Shown here: positions 31,776 through 40,856 of the stretch, in pieces
Layout of the letters: each line of letters opens with the position of its first letter
Numbering within the stretch: position 1 is the first letter of the stretch
Source of the DNA: an uncultured Actinomycetota bacterium
Lineage (GTDB): Bacteria; Actinomycetota; Actinomycetes; Actinomycetales; Cellulomonadaceae
Direction of reading: 5' to 3'
Length of the DNA: 64,000 nt
Assembly: GCA_963837795.1 (NCBI GenBank)
Contig: CAWIOT010000007.1
Coordinates: 696,287-760,286, forward strand
Program-made: the position numbers and the translations under genes
The notes under the pieces: model-generated
The model's input: only the letters and a program-made list of their open reading frames with translations
Databases searched by the model: none
What the model was told of the DNA's origin: nothing

Positions 31776-32783
31776 ATGGCCGCCGACGACACCCGACCCG
31801 CGGTGGGCGCCGGAGCCGCGCACGCGCACGCCGCCGCCCTCGCCCCGGACAGCACGGAGCCGGCGTCCCGACCCTCGCTCGTCGACCGGGCCAAGGCCCT
31901 GCTCGAGTGGTGGAAGCACACGCGTCCGGCCCGGGCGAACGCCCGGTTCGGTGCCCGCGGCGGTGGGGTGCTCACCGGCGGCATCGCCTACGCGGCGCTG
32001 TTCTCGGTGTTCGCGGCGCTGACCATCGGCTACACGGCGTTCATGGCGGTGCTCGGCGGGAACGACGAGCTGCGTGAGAGCGTGCTCGGTGCGGTCAACG
32101 AGTCCCTGCCCGGGCTCGTCGACACCGGCGACGGTGGGCTGGTGGACCCGGACTCCCTGGAGCTCACGAGCGGCCTGACCGTGACCGGCATCATCGCGGT
32201 GGTCGTCCTGCTGCTCAGCGCCGTCGCCGCGATGGCGGCGCTGCGCACGTCCGTGCGGGCGATGTTCGCGGCCGACGGCGGAGGCAACGCCGTCCTGGGC
32301 AAGGCGCGAGAGCTCGGCGGGTTCGTGGGGATGGCGTTCGCGGTGCTGCTCTCGGCGCTGCTCAGCACGAGCGTCGCCACCGCGGCGTCCTGGATCCTCG
32401 ACGCGCTCGGGTGGGGATCGTGGACGACGATCGTGCTGCGCGGGGTCGGGATCCTCGTGGCGTTCGTCGTCGACGCGGCGACGTTCCTGCTGATCGTCAA
32501 GGTTCTGGCCGCGCAGGACCCGCCGTGGCGCGACCTGCGCTGGGGGGCGGTGATCGCGGCGTTCGGCATCGGCGTGGTCCGGATCCTCGGCACGTCCGTG
32601 GTGGCCGGTGCCGCAGACCGGAACCCGCTGCTCGCCTCGGTCGCGGTGATCGTCACGCTGCTGATCTGGATCAACCTCATCGCGCGGATCGTGCTGCTCG
32701 CGGCCGCGTGGACGGCGAACCCGCCCCTGGTGGAGCCCGCGGACGAGGACGAGGCCCAGCCGGCGCAGGCCGGGGCGCGCTGA
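31776..32783 (+). CDS. YihY/BrkB family membrane protein (copy 1)
   Basis: GGIAYAALFSVFAAL is present, with six TM spans and the C-terminal LIWINLIARIVLLAAAW. Confidence 0.88.
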   Translation: MAADDTRPAVGAGAAHAHAAALAPDSTEPASRPSLVDRAKALLEWWKHTRPARANARFGARGGGVLTGGIAYAALFSVFAALTIGYTAFMAVLGGNDELRESVLGAVNESLPGLVDTGDGGLVDPDSLELTSGLTVTGIIAVVVLLLSAVAAMAALRTSVRAMFAADGGGNAVLGKARELGGFVGMAFAVLLSALLSTSVATAASWILDALGWGSWTTIVLRGVGILVAFVVDAATFLLIVKVLAAQDPPWRDLRWGAVIAAFGIGVVRILGTSVVAGAADRNPLLASVAVIVTLLIWINLIARIVLLAAAWTANPPLVEPADEDEAQPAQAGAR

Positions 32784-32837
32784 CGGGCTGGGGTCGACGG
32801 CCGCTCACCGGCCCGCCTCGCGACGGTGGCCCCCACC

Positions 32838-32843
32838 TAGGGT
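32838..32843 (+). promoter_or_regulatory. -10 box TAGGGT, 7 nt upstream of the yihY copy 2 ATG
   Basis: Read directly from the sequence. The flank CCTAGGGTCG is duplicated with the gene. Confidence 0.5.
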
Positions 32844-32850
32844 CGGGGGC

Positions 32851-33810
32851 ATGGCAGCCGACGAGAGAGCCTCGACGTCCGCAGCGCGTGCGCCGGGGTC
32901 CTCCCCGCCCTCGCTCGTGGCGCGTGGCCGGTGGCTGCTGGCGTGGTGGACGCACAGCCGACCCGGGCGCGCCCGCACACGGTTCGTGGCCCGCAGCGGC
33001 GGCGTGCTGTCCGGCGGCATCGCCTACGCGGCGCTCTTCTCCGTGTTCGCCGCGCTGACCATCAGCTACACCACGTTCGTGACGGTGCTCGGCGGCAACG
33101 CGGAGCTGCGCGACCGGGTGCTCGACGCGATCGACGAGGCGTACCCCCAGCTGCTGGACACGGGCGACGGGGTAGGTGCCCTCGACCCGGACGTGCTCGT
33201 GATCTCCACCAGCCTGACCGTCGCCAGCGTCGTCGCCGTCGTCGTGCTGCTGCTGAGCGCGATCGCGGCGGTGACGGCCCTGCGCACGGCGGTCCGCACC
33301 ATGTTCGCCGTGCAGCTCGGCGGGGGAGGGATCGTCGGCAAGGCCCGGGACCTCGGCGGCTTCGTCGGCATGGCGTTCGCGGTGGTGCTCTCCGCGGTGC
33401 TGACGACCGTCGTGGCGGCGGCCGCGTCCTGGCTGCTCGGCGTCCTCGGCTGGGGCGCGCTGACCACGGTCGTGCTGCGGGTGGTCGGCGTCCTCGTCGC
33501 GTTCGCGATCGACGCGGCCATCTTCGTGCTGGTCGTGCGGGTGCTCGCCGGCGAGCACCCGCCGTGGCGGGACCTGCGCCGGGGAGCGATGCTGTCGGCG
33601 ACGGGCGTCGGTGTGGTGCGGATCCTCGGCACCACCGTCGTGGCGAGCAGCGTGAGCCGCAACCCGCTGTTCACGTCCGTCGCCGTGCTGGTCACCCTGC
33701 TGGTGTGGGTCAACCTCATCGCGCGGATCACGCTCCTCGCGGCGGCCTGGACCGCGGACCCGCCCTACGTCCCGCGTCCTGGCCGTGCGGCGCCCACGTC
33801 GCTCGCGTGA
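32851..33810 (+). CDS. YihY/BrkB family membrane protein (copy 2, tandem paralog)
   Basis: It is collinear with copy 1 over its full length and roughly two-thirds identical by eye. It has the same MAADE/D N-terminus and the same upstream CCTAGGGTCG element. Confidence 0.88.
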   Translation: MAADERASTSAARAPGSSPPSLVARGRWLLAWWTHSRPGRARTRFVARSGGVLSGGIAYAALFSVFAALTISYTTFVTVLGGNAELRDRVLDAIDEAYPQLLDTGDGVGALDPDVLVISTSLTVASVVAVVVLLLSAIAAVTALRTAVRTMFAVQLGGGGIVGKARDLGGFVGMAFAVVLSAVLTTVVAAAASWLLGVLGWGALTTVVLRVVGVLVAFAIDAAIFVLVVRVLAGEHPPWRDLRRGAMLSATGVGVVRILGTTVVASSVSRNPLFTSVAVLVTLLVWVNLIARITLLAAAWTADPPYVPRPGRAAPTSLA

Positions 33811-33814
33811 CGGG

Positions 33815-34585
33815 TCAGCGGTCGAGCGCCGCGTGCAGCATGGGCAGCCGGTCGCGCAGCACCGCGATGCGCGCCCGGGTGGACGCGGGCTCGCCCACGG
33901 TGCCCAGGCGCACCATGCCCGGGTCGCCCGCCGCCTGCGCCTCGGCGATGCGGTCGGCGGCCGCGGTCATCCGGATCACCACGTGGTCGAGCAGGACGTG
34001 CGGGTCGAGGTCGCCGTAGCCCTCCGCGATGGTGCGCAGCCCACGAGCCATGGTCGCCGCGTCGGCGTCCGGGAACAGCAGGGCGTCGTTCCACGCGAAC
34101 ATCGCGACGTCGTCCAGCGGGATCCCCGGCCCGGCCGCGTCCCAGTCGAAGACGCCCGCCAGCTCGTCGCCGTCGAACGCCATGTTGTAGATCGCGGCGT
34201 CGTGGTGGCAGACGATCTCGCCCGGCTCGAGCACGCGCTCGGCGAACCGCCACCGCCGGCTGTCCCGCGGGAAGTCCGCCACGGCCGCGTGGTACTCGCG
34301 CAGCCAGCGCATCGCGGACCGGACCTGGGCGTCGGTGAGCTCCTCGACGCCGACCGGGACGACGTAGCCGGGCAGGAAGGTGAGGACCTCGCGGCCGCGC
34401 TCGTCGAGGCCCAGGACACGGGGGACGTGCGGCAGGCCGGTGGTGGCGAGGACGCCGAGCAGCTCGTGCACCGCCGGCGTCCACGGGCCGGTGGGACGGC
34501 GCACGGTGTCACCGACGCGGACGGCCCCACCGACGTTCCCGCCGGGCAGCGGGACCTCGTCGACGGGGCCGTCGGGGTGCGTCAC
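33815..34585 (-). CDS. Phosphotransferase (APH/choline-kinase-like) family protein
   Basis: The kinase catalytic loop is VCHHDAAIYNMAF and the DxD region is FDWDAAGPG. GTG 34585 lies 12 nt after the sdhB stop. Confidence 0.8.
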   Translation of the reverse strand: MTHPDGPVDEVPLPGGNVGGAVRVGDTVRRPTGPWTPAVHELLGVLATTGLPHVPRVLGLDERGREVLTFLPGYVVPVGVEELTDAQVRSAMRWLREYHAAVADFPRDSRRWRFAERVLEPGEIVCHHDAAIYNMAFDGDELAGVFDWDAAGPGIPLDDVAMFAWNDALLFPDADAATMARGLRTIAEGYGDLDPHVLLDHVVIRMTAAADRIAEAQAAGDPGMVRLGTVGEPASTRARIAVLRDRLPMLHAALDR

Positions 34586-34597
34586 GGGAGCCGGGGC

Positions 34598-35365
34598 TCA
34601 GAACGCGCGGGTGATCATCGCGCGCTTGACCTCCTGGATCGCCTTGGTGACCTCGATGCCGCGCGGGCACGCCTCGGTGCAGTTGAAGGTCGTGCGGCAG
34701 CGCCACACGCCCTCCTTGTCGTTGAGGATCTCCAGGCGCTGGGTGCCGCCCTCGTCGCGGCTGTCGAAGATGAACCGGTGCGCGTTGACGATCGCGGCCG
34801 GGCCGAAGTACTGCCCGTCGGTCCAGAACACCGGGCACGACGAGGTGCACGCGGCGCACAGGATGCACTTGGTGGTGTCGTCGAACCGCTCGCGCTGCTC
34901 GGCGCTCTGCAGGCGCTCCTTGGTGGGCTCGTTCCCGGTGGTGATGAGGAACGGCATGATCTCGCGGTAGGACGCGAAGAACGGCTCCATGTCGACCACC
35001 AGGTCCTTGATCACCGGCAGGCCCTTGATGGGCTCGACGAGGATCGGCTTGCTGGGGTCCAGGTCCTTGAGCAGCGTCTTGCACGCCAGCCGGTTGCGGC
35101 CGTTGATCCGCATGGCGTCCGAGCCGCACACGCCGTGGGCGCAGGAGCGGCGGAACGTGAGCGAACCGTCCTCCTCCCACTTCACCTTGTGCAGCGCGTC
35201 GAGCACGCGGTCGGTGCCGTGCGCGCGGACCGTGAACTCGTCCCAGTACGGCTCGGCGGTGGTGCCGTCGTCGCCGGGCAGGTAGCGCCGGATCTTGAGG
35301 GTGACGTCGAAGGAGGGGACCGCCCCGGCCTCTGCTGCGGGGGCGTCCTCGAGGGTCGCGGTCAT
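34598..35365 (-). CDS. sdhB: Succinate dehydrogenase iron-sulfur subunit
   Basis: The Cys clusters are CAHGVCGSDAMRINGRNRLAC, CILCAACTSSCP and CTTFNCTEACP. ATG 35365 shares its A with the sdhA stop. Confidence 0.97.
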   Translation of the reverse strand: MTATLEDAPAAEAGAVPSFDVTLKIRRYLPGDDGTTAEPYWDEFTVRAHGTDRVLDALHKVKWEEDGSLTFRRSCAHGVCGSDAMRINGRNRLACKTLLKDLDPSKPILVEPIKGLPVIKDLVVDMEPFFASYREIMPFLITTGNEPTKERLQSAEQRERFDDTTKCILCAACTSSCPVFWTDGQYFGPAAIVNAHRFIFDSRDEGGTQRLEILNDKEGVWRCRTTFNCTEACPRGIEVTKAIQEVKRAMITRAF

Positions 35366-37215
35366 CAGTACTTACGCTCCATCGGCTGGTAGCGGGTCAT
35401 CGTGACGGGCTTGGAGCCCAGGACGAGCTGGTAGTCCTCGAACTGCGTGGTGTGCGCGAACGAGCCCTCGTGGTCGCCGTCACCCTCCGAGCCCCACAGG
35501 CGGTGCCCCTTGCTGGGCAGCGGGCGCCGGTAGGCCATCGTGTGCCGCATGTAGTTCTCGTCGTCCCGGTCGGGGAAGTCCTCGCGGAAGTGTCCGCCGC
35601 GCGACTCGTCGCGGTTGAGGGCGCCGACGACGACCGTCTCGGCGATGTCGAGCAGGAAGCCCAGCTCCACGGCCTCGAGCAGGTCGGTGTTGAACATGCG
35701 GCTCTTGTCCTGGACGGACACGTGCCGGAACCGCTTCTGCAGGCCCTTGATGTCGTCCAGCGCCTGCGTCAGCGAGTCCGCCGTCCGGAACACCTGGGCG
35801 TTCAGGTCCATGGTGTCCTGCAGCGCCCGGCGGATGTCCGCCACGCGCTCGCCGTCCGGCCGCGTGCGGATCTCCTCGAGGCCGGCGACGACCGTGGCCG
35901 CGGGGTCCTCGGGCAGCTCGACGAACGAGGCCGTCAGTGCGTACGCCGCGGCGGAGATCCCGGCCCGCTTGCCGAAGACGTTGATGTCGAGCAGCGAGTT
36001 GGTGCCCAGGCGGTTGGAGCCGTGCACGCTGACGCACGCGACCTCACCGGCGGCGTACAGCCCGCGGATGACGTCGGACTCGTTGCGCAGCACCTCGGCC
36101 TCGATGTTGGTGGGGATGCCGCCCATCGCGTAGTGCGCCGTCGGGTACACCGGCACGGGCTCCGTGTAGGGCTCGATGCCGAGGTAGGTGCGTGCGAACT
36201 CGGTGATGTCCGGCAGCTTGGCGTCGATGTGCGCCGGCTCGAGGTGCGTCAGGTCGAGCAGCACGTAGTCCTTGTTGGGGCCGGCGCCGCGGCCCTCGCG
36301 CACCTCGTTGGCCATGGACCGGGCGACGATGTCACGGGGCGCCAGGTCCTTGATGGTCGGGGCGTAGCGCTCCATGAAGCGCTCGCCGTCCGCGTTGCGC
36401 AGGATGCCGCCCTCGCCGCGCGCGGCCTCCGACAGCAGGATGCCGAGGCCGGCCAGGCCGGTCGGGTGGAACTGGAAGAACTCCATGTCCTCCAGCGGGA
36501 TGCCGCGGCGGTACGCCAGCGCCATGCCGTCACCCGTCAGGGTGTGGGCGTTGGAGGTGGTCTTGTAGATCTTGCCCGCGCCACCCGTGGCCAGGACGAC
36601 GGACTTGGCCCGGAACACGTGGATCTCGCCCGTGGCCAGCTCGTACGCGACGACGCCGGACACGTTGACCTCCTCGCCCTCGGGCACGTGGCCCGCGGCG
36701 AGGTCGTGGTCCACCAGCAGGTCGAGGACGTAGAACTCGTTGTAGAACTCGACGTCGTTCTTCACGCACTGCTGGTACAGGGTCTGCAGGATCATGTGCC
36801 CGGTGCGGTCCGCGGCGTAGCAGGACCGACGCACGGCCGCCTCGCCGTGGTTGCGGGTGTGCCCGCCGAACCGGCGCTGGTCGATCCGGCCCTCGGGCGT
36901 GCGGTTGAACGGCAGCCCCATCTTCTCCAGGTCGAGCACCGCGTCGATGGCCTCCTTGGCCATGACCTCGGCGGCGTCCTGGTCCACCAGGTAGTCGCCG
37001 CCCTTGACGGTGTCGAACGTGTGCCACTCCCAGTTGTCCTCCTCGACGTTGGCGAGCGCGGCACACATGCCGCCCTGCGCCGCACCCGTGTGGGAGCGCG
37101 TCGGGTAGAGCTTGGAGATGACGGCCGTGCGCACGCGGGTCGAGGACTCGAGGGCCGCGCGCATGCCGGCGCCGCCCGCGCCGACGATCACGACGTCGTA
37201 CTGGTGGGTCTGCAT
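35365..37215 (-). CDS. sdhA: Succinate dehydrogenase flavoprotein subunit
   Basis: The FAD site is [14 protein letters not shown], the covalent-FAD His region is [10 protein letters not shown], and HPTG is present. Confidence 0.97.
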   Translation of the reverse strand: MQTHQYDVVIVGAGGAGMRAALESSTRVRTAVISKLYPTRSHTGAAQGGMCAALANVEEDNWEWHTFDTVKGGDYLVDQDAAEVMAKEAIDAVLDLEKMGLPFNRTPEGRIDQRRFGGHTRNHGEAAVRRSCYAADRTGHMILQTLYQQCVKNDVEFYNEFYVLDLLVDHDLAAGHVPEGEEVNVSGVVAYELATGEIHVFRAKSVVLATGGAGKIYKTTSNAHTLTGDGMALAYRRGIPLEDMEFFQFHPTGLAGLGILLSEAARGEGGILRNADGERFMERYAPTIKDLAPRDIVARSMANEVREGRGAGPNKDYVLLDLTHLEPAHIDAKLPDITEFARTYLGIEPYTEPVPVYPTAHYAMGGIPTNIEAEVLRNESDVIRGLYAAGEVACVSVHGSNRLGTNSLLDINVFGKRAGISAAAYALTASFVELPEDPAATVVAGLEEIRTRPDGERVADIRRALQDTMDLNAQVFRTADSLTQALDDIKGLQKRFRHVSVQDKSRMFNTDLLEAVELGFLLDIAETVVVGALNRDESRGGHFREDFPDRDDENYMRHTMAYRRPLPSKGHRLWGSEGDGDHEGSFAHTTQFEDYQLVLGSKPVTMTRYQPMERKY

Positions 37216-37242
37216 CGGGGTCGATGCCTTCCTGTCTGTGGG

Positions 37243-37701
37243 TCAGGCCGTGCAGAACGACGGCAGCAGGTCAGCCGGCGAGCCGGCCGGGCACGGGTCG
37301 AACGTGAAGATCACGAGCGTGCCGAGCACGACCACGACGACGAACGCGAGGTACAGCAGGCTCTTGAGCACCATCCGGACACCGTCGCGCTCGGCGTAGT
37401 CGTTGATGATCGTCCGCACGCCGTTGGTGCCGTGGATCATCGCGAGCCAGAGCATGAGCAGGTCCCAGACCTGCCAGAACGGCGAGGCCCACTTGCCGGC
37501 GACGAAGCCGAAGTCGATGGCCGAGATGCCCTCGCCGGCCACCAGGTTGACGAACAGGTGGCCGAAGATCAGGACGAGGAGCACCACGCCGGACGCCCGC
37601 ATGAACACCCAGCCGTACAGCTCGGTGTTGCCGCGGGTGGTCAGGCGGGACGGGCGGGCACGGGGAGGCCGCGGGGCCTTCGGGTCGGCGATGGTGGTCA
37701 T
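37243..37701 (-). CDS. sdhD: Succinate dehydrogenase hydrophobic membrane anchor subunit
   Basis: ATG 37701 overlaps the sdhC stop by 1 nt. It has three TM spans, and position and size fit SdhD. The upstream part of ORF 37243..38034 is an out-of-frame overlap with sdhC. Confidence 0.85.
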   Translation of the reverse strand: MTTIADPKAPRPPRARPSRLTTRGNTELYGWVFMRASGVVLLVLIFGHLFVNLVAGEGISAIDFGFVAGKWASPFWQVWDLLMLWLAMIHGTNGVRTIINDYAERDGVRMVLKSLLYLAFVVVVVLGTLVIFTFDPCPAGSPADLLPSFCTA

Positions 37702-38108
37702 CACTCGCCCCCGAACACGTGCATGAGGTGGCGCGGCAGGAAGCCGGCCATGGTGATCACGAACAGGCCCATCACGACCCACAGCATCAGGCGCTGGTAG
37801 CGCGGGCCCTTGGCCCAGAAGTCGACCAGGATGATGCGGATGCCGTTGAAGGCGTGGAACACGATGGCGGCGACGAGGCCGGCCTCGCCGAGCCCCATGA
37901 TCGGGTTCTTGTACGTGCCGATCACCGCGTTGTACGTCTCGGGGGAGATGCGCACGAGGGACGTGTCGAGCACGTGGACGAGCAGGAAGAAGAAGATCGC
38001 GACGCCGGTCACACGGTGCGCGACCCACGACCACATGCCTTCCCGCCCTCGGTAGAGGGTCCCGGCCGGCGCCTTGCGGGCTGCCGGAGCGGGGGGCGCT
38101 GCAGGCAC
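37701..38108 (-). CDS. sdhC: Succinate dehydrogenase cytochrome b subunit
   Basis: GTG 38108 lies 7 nt after AGGAGG (38121-38116). It has three TM spans with conserved His residues (HRVTGVAIFFFLLVHV). Confidence 0.88.
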   Translation of the reverse strand: MPAAPPAPAARKAPAGTLYRGREGMWSWVAHRVTGVAIFFFLLVHVLDTSLVRISPETYNAVIGTYKNPIMGLGEAGLVAAIVFHAFNGIRIILVDFWAKGPRYQRLMLWVVMGLFVITMAGFLPRHLMHVFGGE

Positions 38109-38207
38109 TAGCGGGCCTCCTGGCGGATCAGAGGTTCGGACGACGGCGTCCTTGTCGTGTCAACTGTAGTGACCAGTGTCGGACCCAACGCGTCGGCGGA
38201 GGCCTCC

Positions 38208-38223
38208 TGTGAGGTATCGCACA
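38208..38223. promoter_or_regulatory. CRP/GlxR-like site TGTGA-N6-GCACA in the sdhC / nucleotidyltransferase divergent region
   Basis: There is one mismatch to TGTGA-N6-TCACA. The site ends ~23 nt upstream of the TACCCT -10 box and lies ~100 nt upstream of the sdhC start. Confidence 0.45.
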
Positions 38224-38245
38224 AGGGTCCTGGGACCCCGGTCAC

Positions 38246-38251
38246 TACCCT
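38246..38251 (+). promoter_or_regulatory. -10 box TACCCT, 7 nt upstream of ATG 38259 (leaderless)
   Basis: Read directly from the sequence. Confidence 0.45.
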
Positions 38252-38258
38252 GAGGCCC

Positions 38259-39359
38259 ATGTCGACCACGATCCCCGGCTTCCACGCCGTCGTCCCCGCG
38301 GGCGGTGCCGGTACGCGCCTCTGGCCGCTCTCGCGTGCAGGTCACCCCAAGTTCCTGCTCGACCTGACCGGCTCGGGACGCACCCTCCTGCAGGCCACGG
38401 TCGACCGGTTGCTGCCGCTGACGGGTCCCGGCGGCGTGCTCGTCGTGACCGGGGCGAAGCACGCGACGGCCGTCGCCGAGCAGCTGCCGGAGCTGGGTGC
38501 CGCCGACGTGCTGGCCGAGCCGTCGCCGCGCGACTCGATGGCCGCGATCGGGCTGGCCGCCGCCGTCCTCCTCGAGCGGCACGGCGAGGACGTGGTGCTC
38601 GGCTCGTTCGCCGCCGACCACGTCATCGACGGGACCGAGGCGTTCGAGCGGACGGTCCGCGAGGGCGTCGTCGCCGCGCGCGAGGGCTACGTGGTGACCA
38701 TCGGGATCGCCGCGACCGGGCCGTCGACCGCGTTCGGGTACGTGCGCTCGGGCCGGGGGCTCGCGCTGGCCGGTGCCCCGAGCGTCGCGCACGCCGCGGG
38801 GTTCACCGAGAAGCCGGACGCCGAGACGGCCGCGGCCTACCTGGCCGGCGGCGAGTACCGCTGGAACGCGGGGATGTTCCTGGTGCGGGCCCGGGTCCTG
38901 CTGGACCACCTCGCCGTGCAGCTGCCCGCGCTCGCCGCCGGGCTGCAGGAGATCGCCGCCGCGTGGGACGGGCCGGGACGCGCCGAGGCGCTGGAGCGCG
39001 TCTGGCCCGGCCTGACCAAGATCGCGATCGACCACGCGATCGCCGAGCCGGTGGCCGCGGCGGGTGGCGTGGCCGTGGTGCCGGGGGACTTCTCCTGGGA
39101 CGACGTGGGCGACTTCGACTCGCTCGCGCAGCTGCTGGGCTCGGGCACGCTGGGTGACGAGGACCGCGTGCTGCGCATCGACGCCGACGGCGCGTTCGTC
39201 GTGCCGGGCGGGCAGCGCACGGTCTCGGTGGTGGGCGTGCCCGACGCCGTGGTCGTCGACACCCCCGACGCGGTGCTGGTGACCACGCGCGCGCACGCGC
39301 AGTCGGTCAAGGCCGCGGTGGACGCGTGGCGCGCGCGCGACCGCACGGACCTGCTCTGA
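38259..39359 (+). CDS. Mannose-1-phosphate guanylyltransferase-like nucleotidyltransferase
   Basis: The NTP-transferase motif is VVPAGGAGTRLWPLSR. ATG 38259 lies 7 nt after TACCCT. The upstream extension to 38157 runs through the intergenic regulatory region. Confidence 0.82.
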   Translation: MSTTIPGFHAVVPAGGAGTRLWPLSRAGHPKFLLDLTGSGRTLLQATVDRLLPLTGPGGVLVVTGAKHATAVAEQLPELGAADVLAEPSPRDSMAAIGLAAAVLLERHGEDVVLGSFAADHVIDGTEAFERTVREGVVAAREGYVVTIGIAATGPSTAFGYVRSGRGLALAGAPSVAHAAGFTEKPDAETAAAYLAGGEYRWNAGMFLVRARVLLDHLAVQLPALAAGLQEIAAAWDGPGRAEALERVWPGLTKIAIDHAIAEPVAAAGGVAVVPGDFSWDDVGDFDSLAQLLGSGTLGDEDRVLRIDADGAFVVPGGQRTVSVVGVPDAVVVDTPDAVLVTTRAHAQSVKAAVDAWRARDRTDLL

Positions 39360-39394
39360 CGCGGACGGCCACCACCCTCGACGGCGCGCGCGGC

Positions 39395-39400
39395 TAGGGT
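39395..39400 (+). promoter_or_regulatory. -10 box TAGGGT, 6 nt upstream of GTG 39407 (leaderless amidohydrolase)
   Basis: Read directly from the sequence. Confidence 0.5.
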
Positions 39401-39406
39401 CGAGCG

Positions 39407-40648
39407 GTGCCGTCCGCCGCCCAGAACCCCGTCGTCGCCCCGCTGTCCAGCCTCCGCCCGGACCCGACCGACCCCGTCTCCGCGCGCCTCGCCGCGCTGG
39501 TCGCCGACCTGCGCGAGGAGCTGGTCGCCGTCCGCCGGGACATCCACGCGCACCCGGAGCTCGGCCGGACCGAGGTCCGCACGACGGAGCTCGTCGCCCA
39601 GCGCCTGCGGGCCGCGGGGCTCGAGCCGCAGCTGCTCGCGGGCAGCGGCCTGGTGTGCGACATCGGCCCGGGTCCCACCGCCACCGGCCGCAAGCGGATC
39701 GCGCTGCGGGCGGACCTGGACGCGCTGCCGGTGCACGACTCGTGCGGGCTGCCGTGGGCGTCCACGGTGCGCGGGGTGGCGCACGCGTGCGGGCACGACG
39801 TGCACACGGCGGCCGTGCTCGGCGCCGGGCTCGCGCTCGCGCAGGTGGCCGACGAGCTCACCACCGGGGTGCGGCTCATCTTCCAGCCCGCCGAGGAGGT
39901 GCAGCCCGGCGGCGCGCTCGACGTGGTGGGTGCCGGCGGGCTCGACGGCGTCGGGGAGATCTACGCGTTCCACTGCGACCCCAAGGTGGACGTCGGGCAG
40001 ATCGGCACCCGGATCGGGCCCATCACGTCGGCCAGCGACGAGGTCACCGTCACGGTCTCCGGACGCGGTGGCCACACCTCGCGCCCGCACCTGACGGGGG
40101 ACGTGGTCTTCGCCCTCGGTCAGGTCATCACGCAGGTGCCCGCGATCCTCGGGCGGCGCCTGGACCCGCGCGCCGGCGTCAACCTCACGTGGGGCGCCGT
40201 GCAGGCGGGGTCCGCCCACAACGCGATCCCCGCCACCGGCACGGTCCGCGGCACCCTGCGCTGCCTCGAGGTCCGCGCGTGGGAGAAGGCCTCGGAGGTG
40301 TTCCACTCCGCCGTCGAGCAGGTGGTCGCGCCCCTGGGGGTGACGGTCGAGGTGCGTCACCACCGCGGCGTGCCCCCGGTGGAGAACGCCGAGCACGCGA
40401 CCGGCGTGCTCGAGGCCGCGGCGCGCGACGTGCTCGGTGCGTCGTCCGTGCTGCTGACCGAGCAGTCCCTCGGCGGCGAGGACTTCGCCTGGTACCTGAC
40501 CAAGGTGCCGGGGGCGATGGCCCGGCTGGGCACCCGGACGCCCGGCGGGCGCACCTACGACATCCACCAGGGCGACCTGCGCGTCGACGAGCGCGCCGTC
40601 GAGGTCGGGGCACTGCTCCTTGCTCGGACAGCCCTTCTCGCGGGCTGA
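39407..40648 (+). CDS. M20 family amidohydrolase (N-acyl-amino-acid/hippurate hydrolase type)
   Basis: The motifs HAHPELGRTE, ALRADLDALP, ACGHDVH and IFQPAEE are present. The start is GTG 39407. Confidence 0.88.
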   Translation: MPSAAQNPVVAPLSSLRPDPTDPVSARLAALVADLREELVAVRRDIHAHPELGRTEVRTTELVAQRLRAAGLEPQLLAGSGLVCDIGPGPTATGRKRIALRADLDALPVHDSCGLPWASTVRGVAHACGHDVHTAAVLGAGLALAQVADELTTGVRLIFQPAEEVQPGGALDVVGAGGLDGVGEIYAFHCDPKVDVGQIGTRIGPITSASDEVTVTVSGRGGHTSRPHLTGDVVFALGQVITQVPAILGRRLDPRAGVNLTWGAVQAGSAHNAIPATGTVRGTLRCLEVRAWEKASEVFHSAVEQVVAPLGVTVEVRHHRGVPPVENAEHATGVLEAAARDVLGASSVLLTEQSLGGEDFAWYLTKVPGAMARLGTRTPGGRTYDIHQGDLRVDERAVEVGALLLARTALLAG

Positions 40649-40663
40649 GACGCCCCGTCCGTC

Positions 40664-40719
40664 ACCTGGGCGGACATACCAAGTCGGTAACGGAACCTGG
40701 GCGGATACCCGCCGGTAAC
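40664..40719 (+). promoter_or_regulatory. Direct repeats ACCTGGGCGGA-N-CGGTAAC (x2, plus a third partial AACCTG) upstream of the BMP nucleoside transporter operon
   Basis: Copy 1 is 40664-40691 and copy 2 is 40695-40719. They lie in a locally lower-GC 208-bp intergenic region. Confidence 0.45.
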
Positions 40720-40856
40720 CTGCGCGACACCTTGCGCTCGTTATGGTCCGTGGATCAATGCCGGGCAGCCCCAGACCACGTGGTGTGGCACACCGTCGTG
40801 CTCCCCGCACGGTCGGCCCAGCCGGACCGGTTGCTGACGAGATTCAGGAGAGTCGC

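Noticed and set aside
38157-38258. Upstream start (38157) for the nucleotidyltransferase ORF
   Set aside because: The extension runs through the sdhC-divergent regulatory region (CRP-like site, TACCCT box). It adds 34 non-conserved residues before the GxGxR NTP-transferase motif. ATG 38259 fits the leaderless geometry.
40720-40856. Purine or 2'-dG-type riboswitch upstream of the nucleoside transporter
   Set aside because: I could not find the conserved junction and loop nucleotides of the purine riboswitch core, or a convincing three-way junction. Only generic hairpins are present. An Infernal scan is still needed.
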